Shown here piece after piece: positions 25,265 through 36,990 of a DNA stretch of 64,000 nucleotides; the stretch's first letter is position 1; every line of letters starts with the position of its first letter. Below the pieces are notes generated by a model, which saw only the letters and a program-made list of their open reading frames with translations, made no database searches and was not told the DNA's origin. Source of the DNA: Octopus vulgaris (taxonomy: Eukaryota); the NCBI GenBank assembly GCA_951406725.2, contig OX597820.1, forward strand, positions 94,116,001-94,180,000, given 5' to 3'. A program made the translations under genes and the position numbers.

Positions 25265-26062
25265 GGATCTTTTCCTTTTGAACGGCAGATGTCAGCGCAA
25301 TTTCTAGTTAATAAAACACTTTTAAACTTCGTATACTGGTAGAATGTGTCAAAATAAAACACCATTCTTTCTTGGCTTTATTGAGAAAATTCTATAGTTT
25401 GTAACATATTTCCACTATAAAATCGAGCATTTTGGCAATTTTAACCAATCAAATACGTCCATTTGGAGTCAAAACATACTGTGCTGTATGAATATGCCCC
25501 TCGTTTAAGAAAAAGATTGGGTTTATTTACATTTGCGAAGAAAAAAAGATATCCTTCCCCCACCCCTAACCCTAACCCTAAAACAGATTGAAATGCAATA
25601 GATCGATACCAGAGCCATAATTATGCGTGACAATTTCATACGACACCGCTACGGAAAATGGAATTTTTTTCTAGCGGTGTCAAATGAAAATGTCACCCAT
25701 AATTATGGCCCTGGTATCGATCTATTGCATTTCAATCTATTTTAGGATTATGGTTAGGGTTAGGGGTGGGGAAGGGTATCTTTTTTTACCCTACAAATGG
25801 AAATAAACCCAATCTGTTTCTTAAACGAGGGGCATATTCATACAGCACGGAATCTTTTCACCCCAAATGGAGGTGAGCGATTGGTTAAAATTGCCAAAAT
25901 GCTCAATTTTAAAGTGGAAATATGTTTCAACATATAGAATTTTCTCAATAAAGCCAAGAAAAAATGAAGTTTTATAAACACATTCTACCAGTATACAAAG
26001 TTTAAAAGTGTTTAGTTAACTAGAAATTGTGTTGACATCTGCCGTTCAAAAGGAAAAGATCC
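25265..26062. mobile_element. 798-bp foldback / MITE DNA transposon with TTAGGG repeats
   Basis: Whole element is an imperfect palindrome with its axis at about 25661; termini GGATCTTTTCCTTTTGAACGGCAGATGTCA; flanks GATTGAAA / GATTGACG (possible 8-bp TSD). Confidence 0.88.
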
Positions 26063-26194
26063 GATTGACGCGTTTGCTCATAGACGGATGTGGAGTTCAA
26101 AGAGAGAAAAAAAAACATCCTTACTCTACCAACGGAACATACATTGGATAATATATTCATCTTGTTCTAAAAAGGGGGTGGAATGTTTTAGGTG

Positions 26195-26395
26195 CCCATA
26201 TAATCGTGAGCATACATAGTTACCCTCTCGATCCTCTCCTCTTTAACCCGGTGGAACATCAAGAACTTAATGTGGAAGAAATGAGAGCTGCACCAGCAAT
26301 TGGCTAGTACTCATTTACAGCCGAATAGACAAGAGCTACTTGAAATGAAGTGGTTTGCTCAAAGACCCAAAGCACTACCTGGTTCAGGAATTACG
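26195..26395 (-). mobile_element. SINE family C variant remnant
   Basis: CTCATTTACAGCCGAATAGACAAGAGCTACTTGAAATGAAGTGGTTTGCTCAA is the reverse complement of the family C central module. Confidence 0.55.
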
Positions 26396-27181
26396 CTCAC
26401 ATCCCCCAATGATGCCGTACAATGGGACTGAACCCGAAACCATTTACTTCCGCATTCAAACCGCTAGACTGCGCACTTTTATTCCAGGAGCAAAACAACA
26501 ACAACTAAAAGAGAATTGTTATCTTGTAATAGTAATGTTTAATTATGCTTCGGTCCCCACATAGAATATCTTAAAAACTCTTATGATACGAAGGGGTATT
26601 GTGATATTCTATCGTCTCGGAAGAAACGTAAATATCCGCAATAAAACTGGTAATACATACTTCTATAGGAATATTATAGATATGGGTTCATAGAAGCCTT
26701 TAAATTATAAGTCCCGTTATTGCATCAGGGAGTCGTTATGAACAGACAGAGTGAGTGGCACGAACTTGCGCGAACCTATAGGATGCAATAGAACAGATTG
26801 GAGCTTGAAGTTTTGGGGATAAATCAGGTAGTTTTCTTACCATATATAACATAGCTAACAAACCTTCAGCAATAACAAAAGCAATTATAATGTATTTATC
26901 TATTCTTAATCTGCACAGTAGATTGACTCCTCGTACGCACAGTAAAGTGAGGGTCTAAATAATCATGAAACTCTTCCTTCTTAATACAATTATGCAGATT
27001 TGATCGTGAATATATAAAAGCTGTTATTTTTCACCCCCGGAGAACGCTTCCTTTTTTAGGTGATGTGTGGTTGTAACATAAGTGGTTCGACACGTGAAAA
27101 CCAACAGCGACTAAATAATAACGTTGGAGTCTGCCAGAAAGTATAAATACTGAATAGATAGGTTATTATATTGTCGCTATT

Positions 27182-27269
27182 CTGCATGCACCTATGAATT
27201 CGTATAAATCTTGCAGGTAGCTGCATGCACCTATGAATTGGTATATGTCTGGCAGGTAGCTGCATGCAC
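27182..27269. repeat. 39-bp tandem repeat, about 2.3 copies
   Basis: CTGCATGCACCTATGAATT..TATA..TCT.GCAGGTAG twice, plus a partial copy. Confidence 0.9.
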
Positions 27270-27574
27270 TAGCAAATAGTTTGCTTGCTGATTCCCAAAA
27301 GTACGTTCTCATGTTCTTGTGCAATTCATCGGTCCGGTCGTGGAGCAGCTGTGACTGATGAGGCAAACTACGAGGTCGAAACACAGCAGTGCCTCGAAGT
27401 CCTGTTGCCACGGTGAATCGGTGAATCACGTGTCTTAATAACATATCTGTCGTGTCCATTACTATTCATCAGAAATTTATAGAAAAGTTCTATTTCAATC
27501 TTTTATCTTTTGCTCATGTAATCTACAGTATACTTTTGTAGACTTACTTGTCTAAGAATTTCGCTCGTAACTAC

Positions 27575-27655
27575 GGCTTACAGCCGTTTCTGCTATAGGG
27601 AACTTTGAATCCAAAGTAGAATACCAGTGTGATACCTAACAACTTCTTCAGAGCC
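27575..27655 (-). ncRNA. Type-I hammerhead ribozyme candidate with an extended stem II
   Basis: Minus strand: GGCT-CTGAAGA-A-GTTGTTAGG...CCTATAGC-A-GAAAC-GGCT-GTA-AGCC; stem I GGCT/AGCC; GTA triplet. Confidence 0.6.
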
Positions 27656-28195
27656 TTTTGAATGATTTCACTCAAAATTCTTATGTAACTCTTGTTCTTT
27701 TGTCATTCATCATACATACACAAACAAGGATTTCGATTTTAAAAAAATATTTTCGCTCTTTTTTTAAAAAATAATTATTGAAGCATTGTATCTAAAACAT
27801 TTCTTGTGTAAGGAATAATCGAACATCAACGAAACAATCGATCATAAAGAGACGAATCAGAAGGCCACACCTATGGGAAACAGTTTAGCCCAACTGCTAG
27901 TATGATACTTAAAAAGAAAAACCAAAAGAGGGTGATGGGGTGTAATTGGAATTTTTGAAGCAACAGAGCACAACCCATTAGTTGAATCTCAGTATTTCAT
28001 GTTTTCCATTTTGTATTAGGAGTTCAAATATGGCTGTGTTCGACTTTAGTTTTTATTCCACTAAGGTCGATGAAATAAATACTAATTATGCTGGAGAACT
28101 GATGTTAATCGACTACTCTGTATATATGCCTTTCTTTTCCCCTTCAACTCGTGGCTTCATGCCAATTTAACAATTCATATTTCAAAGAACTCAAA

Positions 28196-28238
<43 letters not shown>

Positions 28239-28994
28239 ATGCTGTGTATATTTGAAGCAAAGTTCATACACGCACGCACATACAGAATGAGAGATACGCA
28301 ACTCAAATTTACACCATCACAAGAGACCTAAGGCCTATACACCCATCGCATCATATATATATATACGCACACACACATACATATATCAAATGTACACTAT
28401 CTAAACTGCCTACATCATACATACATATCTCAAACGTGCATTACCACAACTGTTCTTACAACCCTAAAAATCATACATACACATGTTCACACACATACAC
28501 ACATATATATATATATACACACATCATACGTATGAAATTAATATGGAACGACAAAAATAACTGAAAAGATAAAGAACACGTAAAAATCTTAACCATTAGA
28601 GGATGTTAAATGTCGGATATACACCAGCGTGTATATATGTGTGAATATATACTTCCAGTGCACATGCATCTATGTAAAGGATACGGTTATGAACAGATAT
28701 CTAGCAACGATCAATTAGCAGATTATTTTATATTTGAAGAGTTAAACGATGCTTTTCTCCTAATTAAATAAATTAAATTAATGGGATGGAGGATGGCTGG
28801 GAGAAGTTTAGAAATTGCTCGAATAGTTTGCGCGTGGCTGTCGTTTTTTGTTTAACTTTCAGTACTGCTCTGATCGAGTAGGGGCATTTTCGAAGACGCT
28901 CCAGCCGTGACCATCCCACCTGGCTGCAAATTCAGTGTATTATGTAACGTATCTATTTTCGAAGACGATAGGGGTGAGAGTTATGAAAGTGGAA

Positions 28995-29285
28995 TTTCGA
29001 TAGTAGTGGCACTGTTGTTCATCATGGTAATGGTGGTGGTCGTGGTGGTGGTGGTAGTGGTGGTGATGGTGGTGGTAGTGGTGGTGATGGTGGTGGTGGT
29101 CTTAGCGGTTGAGATGATGGTGGTGGTGATGGCGACGGCAGTGTTGTTGCTGTTCATCATGAGAGTAGTGGTAGTGGTGGTAGTGATAGTTGTTGTGAAA
29201 GAGTGTTGTTACTGTTCTTTACGGTGTTAGTGGTGGTGGTAGCAATGACAGCTGTGATGGTGGCGGTGGTAGCGTAGGCAGTGCA
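28995..29285. repeat. (GTG)n/(GTA)n degenerate trinucleotide tract
   Basis: Direct reading. Confidence 0.9.
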
Positions 29286-29684
29286 TCTGGAGTTGCTTGT
29301 GGTTAACACAAAATTATGGCAGAGATTAGAAGTGGTGGCAAATATATATTTGATAGTGGTTTAACCCCTAGATCAGACCCGATCACTGATATTACGAACG
29401 GAACCCGAGATCTGAGGGAAATTTGACTACAATGTCTAACACGTCGAACAGCCACATTAACTCGTCAAAGTAGGCAATGATGATGATAAATGGTATTGGT
29501 GGTAGCAAAGGTGTTGCTAACGGCATAATTTCTAAGAGCAACGATGCTAACATTAAGAATAATGTTGGTGTCTCTCTTTCTTGTTTACTCTTTGACCCTA
29601 GGTCAGCCCTAACTTAGAAAACCCATGATAAAATCGCAGTGCTTCCTGCTTGGATGCAAGGCATCCAATGCATATTACTTCGTT

Positions 29685-30002
29685 TTCTTACTGATTTCAG
29701 TCATTGGACTGCGGCCATGCTGGAGCACCGCCATGTAAAGTTAGCCGAACAAATCGACCTCAGTACCTATTTTAAGTCTGGTAATTATCATATCGTCTCT
29801 TTTGCCGAACCAGCAGCGGCTCTCAAGCAAGGAGCGGGGAAACTACTAACAATGACAAAAACACGCACACAGAGGCTTCCACACCTTTTCTGTCTACTAA
29901 ATTCACTCAGAAGGTATTAGTCGACCCCGGGGCTACTATAGAAGACGTTCACCTAAGGAGCCGCACAGTGGGACTGAACACGAAACTACGCGTTTGCGAA
30001 GC
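29685..30002 (-). mobile_element. SINE family B, old and diverged
   Basis: TTTCAGTCATTGGACTGCGGCCATGCTGGAGCACCGCC tail; AGTGGGACTGAAC head remnant. Confidence 0.75.
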
Positions 30003-30182
30003 AATTTATACCTAAAATATATAAAGATATATAAAATATATAAAGATATATAACGCAAATAACATCAGATTTTAACATCAATCTAATTTTATGAGAGACA
30101 GTTGCACAGCTTATTTCATGCTTAAATCATGCAACCTATCTAGGTTATAAAATGTTCTCTACCCAAGTCTCTTGTGACAAAT

Positions 30183-30340
30183 GTCGTGCTGATGACGGCT
30201 ACTGGATCAGAAACATGCATCTACGGCTGTTCGCTTATCTGTAGGCATTAAGACTGTCTTTTTCCTTCATGGCATGTTAACTTTGGAGAAATTCTTGAAA
30301 TTTGAGATTATTTCCCCTTTTCGTTAGCAAATTATGATAC
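30183..30340 (+). mobile_element. Penelope-like terminal fragment with decayed hammerhead motif (30183-30227)
   Basis: GTCGTG-CTGATGA-...-GAAAC-ATGC-ATC-TACGGC; stem I pairs fully with G-U wobbles; stems II and III damaged. Confidence 0.45.
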
Positions 30341-31851
30341 GTTCTCTAGAGGCGAAGCTGATTCTAATGAACCAAGAATTTATGATATATGATATTCGAT
30401 ATACCTGTAATTGTGCATGCCATGTATACCCTACTGGTTTGGATACTTAAAATTTTATGTGCTGATATTTGTCCCAGTTGTCGAAGCTGGGTCAAACGCT
30501 TTCCGTTCAGAACCATCCCGTCGTTTGTTTACAGGTACCTAAGTACAACATGATAAAACACTCTTTCATTTTCAGATTTCGAATGTAATTTGAGAGAGGA
30601 GATTTAGCTGCTATAACAGAATGAGCGAACAAATAGCGGGTCTTTTATTGCTTGTGTGCCATCAATGTTGGCATGAGTGCTCCTTGGCATCGGTGGTAGA
30701 AGTTTATGGATATAACGGTACAGCTGCCCTGGCAATGGTAAAGTGAAGCGGTAGCAATTGCTGCAAAGAGATATATGCATGATAAAGTGGGTTATTAGCA
30801 ATGCAGACTGCATGTCATGGTAATAGGAGTAACGCTCTTAATGATGTGAAAACAGGGCTTCATATCAAGTTATATCATTTCAGTAACGTCTATTTATAAA
30901 AGAAACATAAACACCGTTCCACAGAAAGTCATGAATGTTGGATTTTCGAAACTTAACTGTACTTACATCACCTCCTTTTCTAGTCTTAATCAGCTAGTTT
31001 CAGAAGGCATCCCTAGAAAATATTCCCATGTTACTATGTTTAGTTATTTAATCAGTCAATGCTTTTGTCTTTTCCTTTTTCCACTGAAAAAATATATATT
31101 GCCTCAATTATTCTAAGATCTAGTAAGTACGAGCAAGACACTACTTCTCTGAGAAGGGTTAACATGACTAAAACGTGTCCATAATTGTCTCCCTTCTAAG
31201 CAAAATTTACTCTCTACTGCATGTTCCCAACTTTTAATCAACTGGGGTTACAGAGCTGTGTTTCTTGCCTTACGAGATAAGAATTTTCATTACGGGTGAA
31301 ATTTTAATCGATTAAGGTGCTTCAATTATTATCAATATTATTATTTTTGTTGTTGTTCGTTGCAGTATGTTACTCCTACTTAACTATGTGTTCGTTATTA
31401 TTTTGTATTATACAAAATATCACCACATGCATACATACTTTACCTATGCACACTTACTTACATGCGTACAAACCAACAAACGCACACACAATTACAAGCA
31501 TATATACACATAATGACACACATACCTAATTAATTAAACCTTGAACAAATTGAAAATCACATACACACCAATATACACGCACAGACAATCACTCCACTCC
31601 TACCCCCATGCACACAACACCTCACCCTCTCTCTCTCACATACACACACACATTGATCAATAATACAACAAACACACACATGTCCACACTCTCACTAAAA
31701 CACAACACACTGACCGATAATACAACACACAACATAAACAAGAGAAACAAACAACCAACTTGTTACCCAGAAATTGACCAATGAGAAAAAATCAATTTCA
31801 TTTTGGTTTTTGAAGTGAAATAGAATCGATCTTTTACAGAGAACTGTGTTG

Positions 31852-31883
<32 letters not shown>

Positions 31884-31995
31884 GGTGGTAGCAGTGATGT
31901 TAGCAAGGGGTATCAATAATGGTAGTTGAGGTATAGGTCGTGGTAGGGATTATATAAATGTTAGCGAATGTTTTTGTACTATTACCACCAGTAGC

Positions 31996-32210
31996 AAGGC
32001 GGCGAGCTGACAGAAACGTTAGCACGCTGGACGAAATGCTTAGAGGTATTTCGTCCGGCGCTACGTTCCGAGTTCAAGTTCCGCCGAGGTCGACTTTGCC
32101 TTTCATCCTTTCGAGGTCGATAAAATAAGTACCAGTTAAACACTGGGATCAATATAATCGGCTCATCCCTACCTCCCCCAAGCTGCCCTTGTGGCAAAAA
32201 TTTGAAATAA
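31996..32210 (+). mobile_element. SINE family A, full length
   Basis: TSD-like TATTACCAC(C/A)AGTAG on both sides. Confidence 0.9.
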
Positions 32211-32260
32211 TTATTACCACAAGTAGTAGTAGTAGTAGTAGTAGTAGTAAGGTGAAGTGA

Positions 32261-32930
32261 AGGCGGCGTGTGGCCTAGTGGTTATAGCGTTGATATCACA
32301 ATCATAAAGTCGTGGGTTCGAATCCTGGAGTAGAAGGTGACGAATTGTGTTGAGCAAGGTACTTCAGTTCATCATTACGCGTTGCTTTTAGCACCAGTCT
32401 AAGGTAAAGACTCCTTCGGTCATCAATTGACCATGGGATTGCACCAAGAAAGGTCCCCTCCGAGGCACAAGTCCGGGCAAGGTTGTTTATGGAAGACTAG
32501 CAGTCATCCATGCATACCAGCCTTCCCTCTCCACGCCACTAATGTTAATCATGGAAAAGCCAAAGGCCGATACAGCTTGACATCAGTGACGTCGCAACTC
32601 ATTTCTACAGCTGAGCGAAGTGAAACAAAGTGTCTTGCTCAAGAACACAACACACAATCCGGTCCGGGAATCGAACTCACCACCTCTTGATTGTGAACCC
32701 GACGCTCTAACCGCTGAGCCATGCGCTTTCACCAGCTGTGTACTGGGGTAACTTTCTCCCTCTCCCGTTCCGGTTGTCATATCCTCGTTAGTTCCACTGC
32801 ACCAAGTGCGGGTTGACTTGAGACGGCATCTATGTCTGCTCGCGACTATACACGCACCTAAAACAATTAGCGAAAGCATGGTACTCATAACCAAGTCATA
32901 CTCGCTTGCGAGTGACGGACAGATGCGTGT
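32261..32930 (+). mobile_element. tRNA-headed SINE interrupted by a family C copy
   Basis: TGGCCTAGTGG A-box, GGTTCGAATCC B-box, TTGAGCAAGGTACTT motif; body appears to resume after 32731. Confidence 0.55.
32403..32731 (-). mobile_element. tRNA-headed SINE, family C, full length
   Basis: Reverse complement is closely similar to 39240-39565. Confidence 0.88.
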
Positions 32931-32931
32931 T

Positions 32932-32964
<33 letters not shown>

Positions 32965-32967
32965 ATA

Positions 32968-33350
32968 CTCATTTACTCTTATTTGTTTCAGTCCTTTGAC
33001 TGTGGCCATGCTGGAGCACCGCCTTTAGTCGAACAAATCGATCCCAGGACTTATTCTTTGTAAGCATAGTACTTATTGCATCGGTCTCTTTTGCTGAGCC
33101 GCTAAGTTACGGGGACGTAAACACACCAGTATCGGTTGTCAAGTGATGTTGGGGATTACAAACACAGACACACATACGCATATATACGACGGGTTTCTTT
33201 CACTTTCCGTCTACCAAATCCACTCACAAGCCTTTGGTCGGCCCGTGGCTATAGTAGAAGACACTTGCCCAAGGTGCCACGCAATGGGACTGAACCCGGA
33301 ACTATGTGGTTCGTAAGCAAGTTACTTACCACACAGCCACTCCTGCGCCT
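32968..33350 (-). mobile_element. SINE family B, full length, inserted in (GTA)n
   Basis: Head, core and tail present; (GTA)n on both sides. Confidence 0.92.
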
Positions 33351-33376
33351 AGTAGTAGTAGTAGTAGTAATAGTAA

Positions 33377-33411
<35 letters not shown>

Positions 33412-33769
33412 TTTTGGGTGGACGGGTTGTATTAGTAGCAGTGATGATGGCGACGGCGAAGTAGTAGAGATAAAGACAGGAAATTTAAAATGCTATGCGG
33501 ACTATTAATCCCGGGTCAATAAGTCAATGGTTTGTAACTTTAACTAAACTGAACTGGTGGTGTTAATCTGTTTGCTGTGTATGTGGGAGTACAGGCGTGT
33601 ATATGTTGGTGTGGGAGAGAGCGAGAGAGAGAGAGAGAGGGGTGGAGCGTACGTGTGAGAGGGAGAAAGAGAGAATTGTGTAATGTGTGTGTATATGAGA
33701 TGCGTATTTTATGAGTATGATGCTTGAAATAATAGCTACGATATGGATGAAATGCAGGCAGGTCTACAG

Positions 33770-33950
33770 TCTGCTAGAAACAGCAACCAAATCACACTGA
33801 AATCACGCCAAATCTTACAAAAAAAATTATATATTGGAGATTGTAGTCCACAATATATAGAAAGGCAGGATGGTCATAGTTGGAATATTTTTTTACCATA
33901 TGACTGCTTTGTGATGACTAACTTGATACTAATAAGTACCAGCAACAACA
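33770..33950 (+). mobile_element. Dispersed repeat family E
   Basis: CTGCTAGAAACAGCAACCAAATC...GGATGGTCATAGTTGGAAT. Confidence 0.6.
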
Positions 33951-34471
33951 TGAGCACTTCAAGAATTCAGGACTAACAAACCTTATTAATGCAGCTATTT
34001 CAAACATTGTTATTTAATTTCTCTTTGAGAGACGCATTGTATTCTACTGAGGATCAACTTTGAATTTCATTATTCTAAGGTCGATAAAGAAAGTACCAGT
34101 AATTTGCTGCTAGCGTAGGTTTAATCGACTGTTATCACGCTTGCTAAATTTGAGGTCTTGTACCTATGTTAGAAATTAATATCCGAAACATAAAAAAAAA
34201 AAAATTACAAGACGCCATATTTATGAATCCTGATCATTTCCTGTGACATTCGCCATTTTTGGTCTTCCATTCAGCACTAAACACGCACACTCATACAGGT
34301 GCGAATACACGCACACACACACACACATACACACATCATTTACCGTCATATGGTAACATACATGTCTCCCACTTGCTTCTTAACTATGATACTTGCCAAG
34401 GAATTTGATACCTCTATCGTAGACTCGGTCACCTCCCAACATTCCACACGTTGCATTTTAACAGATTAGCA

Positions 34472-34520
<49 letters not shown>

Positions 34521-35387
34521 TAATGATGTTATTAATATATGCATAAATCCTTTTGATGTACGTTTGGCAAAGATATCTAGCAACCTGTGTGTTACGTATG
34601 GATGTCTGCAAGTTACTGTTTAAAAGGTGTGGTAATAATAATGATAATAGTAATTTAAAATGCACGGCTTGGTCATCACCTGTACATTCTTGAAATGCTA
34701 GTGCTATCAGTAAGAATTAGAACACCGTCCAGTAGAGATGTCGGCCACAGCAAACAACTCAATCTTTTGAACATGAGACGATAACGACATGAAAGTTAAT
34801 ATAGTCAGAAACAAAAAAACGAAACTACCCACTTGATTATTAAATTTGCATTAATATTAATAATATTCAATAAAGGATGGTTGGTTCAGCGCAGATATGG
34901 CGCCATGCTAGATTATTTACTGGCCTTTGCTGTGAGATATACATAGTTTTTTTTTTATTTTTAAATGTTGCAGCAGTTAACTTTGCATTTTATTTTCTCT
35001 AATAGGAAACGATAAACTGGATAACTGAAAAGACACCAAGATAGATTTCATAAACTATAAATTATAAGAAAAGGAAGAGGGGATAACACTAAGTTTTTGT
35101 TTTAATTTTAGTTTTTTAGTCTGGGGGGTTTGGTGCGAAAGTTCGTTAGAAGAAAATAGTGCTTTAAGATGCGTATTTTTGTTGTTGTTGTTATTTTTGT
35201 GCAGGCGCTTTACATCTCCAGTTTCAAATTTCGATAGAAATAGCAGATACAAGAAGTAGAAATCAAAGCTTTATTGTTGAATCAATTGATGTAACAGTCA
35301 TATAGTGGGTTAGTGGTATCCCCTAACCCGCTCGACCCAAAACAGCTGGCCTTGTGCTTAAAATAGAAACAAACCATTATCATTATA

Positions 35388-35805
35388 GGCGCAGGAGTGG
35401 CTGTGTGGTAAGTAAATTGCTAACCAACCACATGGTTCCGGGTTCAGTCCCACTGCGTGGCAACTTGGGCAAGTGTCTTCTGCTATAGCCCCGGGCCAAC
35501 CAATGCCTTGTGAGTGGACTTGGTAGACGGAAACTGAAAGAAGCCTGTCGTATATATGTACATATATATATGTATGTGTGTGTGTTTGTGTGTCTGTGTT
35601 TGTTCCCCTAGCATTGCTTGACAACCGATGCATGCTGGTGTGTTTACGTCCCCGTCACTAAGCGGTTCGACAAAAAGAGACCGATAGAATAAGTACTGGG
35701 CTTACAAAAAGAATAAGTCCCGGGGTCGAGTTGCTCGACTAAAGGCGGTGCTCCAGCATGACCGCAGTCAAATGACTGAAACAAGTAAAAGAGTAAAAGA
35801 GTAAA
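35388..35805 (+). mobile_element. SINE family B, full length, near consensus
   Basis: GGCGCAGGAGTGGCTGTGTGGTAAG head; tail (GTAAAAGA)n. Confidence 0.94.
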
Positions 35806-35944
35806 GAGAGTTATTTCTCTTAATATATGACAGGCAAGTCTCAGAGACGTGTGACTTGTACGAAACAAATGATAACAAAAAACAAGGTACTCAGGGAAAA
35901 ACATACTGTTTTCAAATACAGTTTTTAGATTATTTTCTTCATGT

Positions 35945-36345
35945 GCCATGGCCACATTAACGGTCATTAGCCTTTACCCACCCCCACCGCCCTTCCTACA
36001 CAACTTACAATGTGATAGAGTCTGTCTTTCTGCAACCATTTGGCAAAACCATGGAATATCACTGTTTTCCTCGGTTTCTCTTCTTCCTTCCACTATCACT
36101 GGTTTCCACCAAGTGTTCATGGTTTTGTCTCCTCAAGTGATGTCTGATGAGCGAATGAACTTAGGTTGCTGCCCACTTATGTCATTGAGAAGTTTTCCAG
36201 TGGTTTCTGCAAGTCTAAATCTTAAATATTTGTCATTGTTTATACAGAACACCTTTAGTGGTCGTCCAAGGAACCACATCTCTGCAGTGTTGTTAAGCTT
36301 TTGCACTAGTCTGCAGACACAACTATAAATCTGCAGGCACAACTA
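35945..36345 (-). mobile_element. RTE-clade LINE C-terminal coding relic
   Basis: AEMWFLGRPLKV resembles the RTE motif EMWxxRRML; downstream LLNDI..QPKF and HLVET..VEGRR.RGKQ resemble the RTE C-terminus; frameshifted. Confidence 0.6.
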
Positions 36346-36573
36346 TAAAAAAGGATCAAGCTCTAGATTTATTCTAAGAATAATTTCTCTCACTCTCTCG
36401 TAGACAGCTGTTTCTTTGATAATATATATTTGATCTTAACAAGAGCACCTTATATACTCTGGAAAACACCAAACGCAAACTTTGCCTCGGTGAAATAGTA
36501 ACTTGTAACAATTAGGTCACAAGCTAAGTAACAAACGGATTAACAAATTAATTTCAATATTTTATCACAGCTT

Positions 36574-36990
36574 AAGGCAGCACGTATGCAGAATCGTTAG
36601 CACTCCGGGGAAAATGCCTAGTGGTATTTCTTCCGTCTCCACCGTGTTCAAATTCCGCTGAGCCTTTCTGGGTCGATAAAATAAGTACCAGTTGAGCACT
36701 GAGGTTGACTTACCCCCGTTCCCGAACTTGCTGGCCTTGCGCCAGAATTTCAAATCAATAGTTTACTACGGCTTAGGGCAGCGAGCTGGTACAATCGTTA
36801 GCACGCCGGGCATAATGCTTAGCGGCATTTCGTCCGTTTTCCCGTTCTGAGTTCAAATCCCGCCGAGGTTGACTTTGCCTTTTATCTTTTCGGGGTTGAT
36901 AAAATAAGTACCAGCTGAATATTGGGGTCGGTGTAATAGGCTTATCCCACGCCCACATGAAATTTCTGGCCTTGTGCCAAAATTTGAAAC
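36574..36990 (+). mobile_element. Two tandem SINE family A copies (36574-36755, 36775-36990)
   Basis: Two heads and two tails; three related 19-20-bp flanking motifs. Confidence 0.88.

Noticed and set aside
32261-32335. Possible tRNA gene
   Set aside because: A/B boxes are present but there is no closing acceptor stem or T-run terminator; it continues into SINE body sequence.
33136-33435. Recurrent peptide RASFSFRLPNPLTRLWSARGYSRRHLPKVPR in several ORFs
   Set aside because: Antisense translation of SINE family B, not a gene family.
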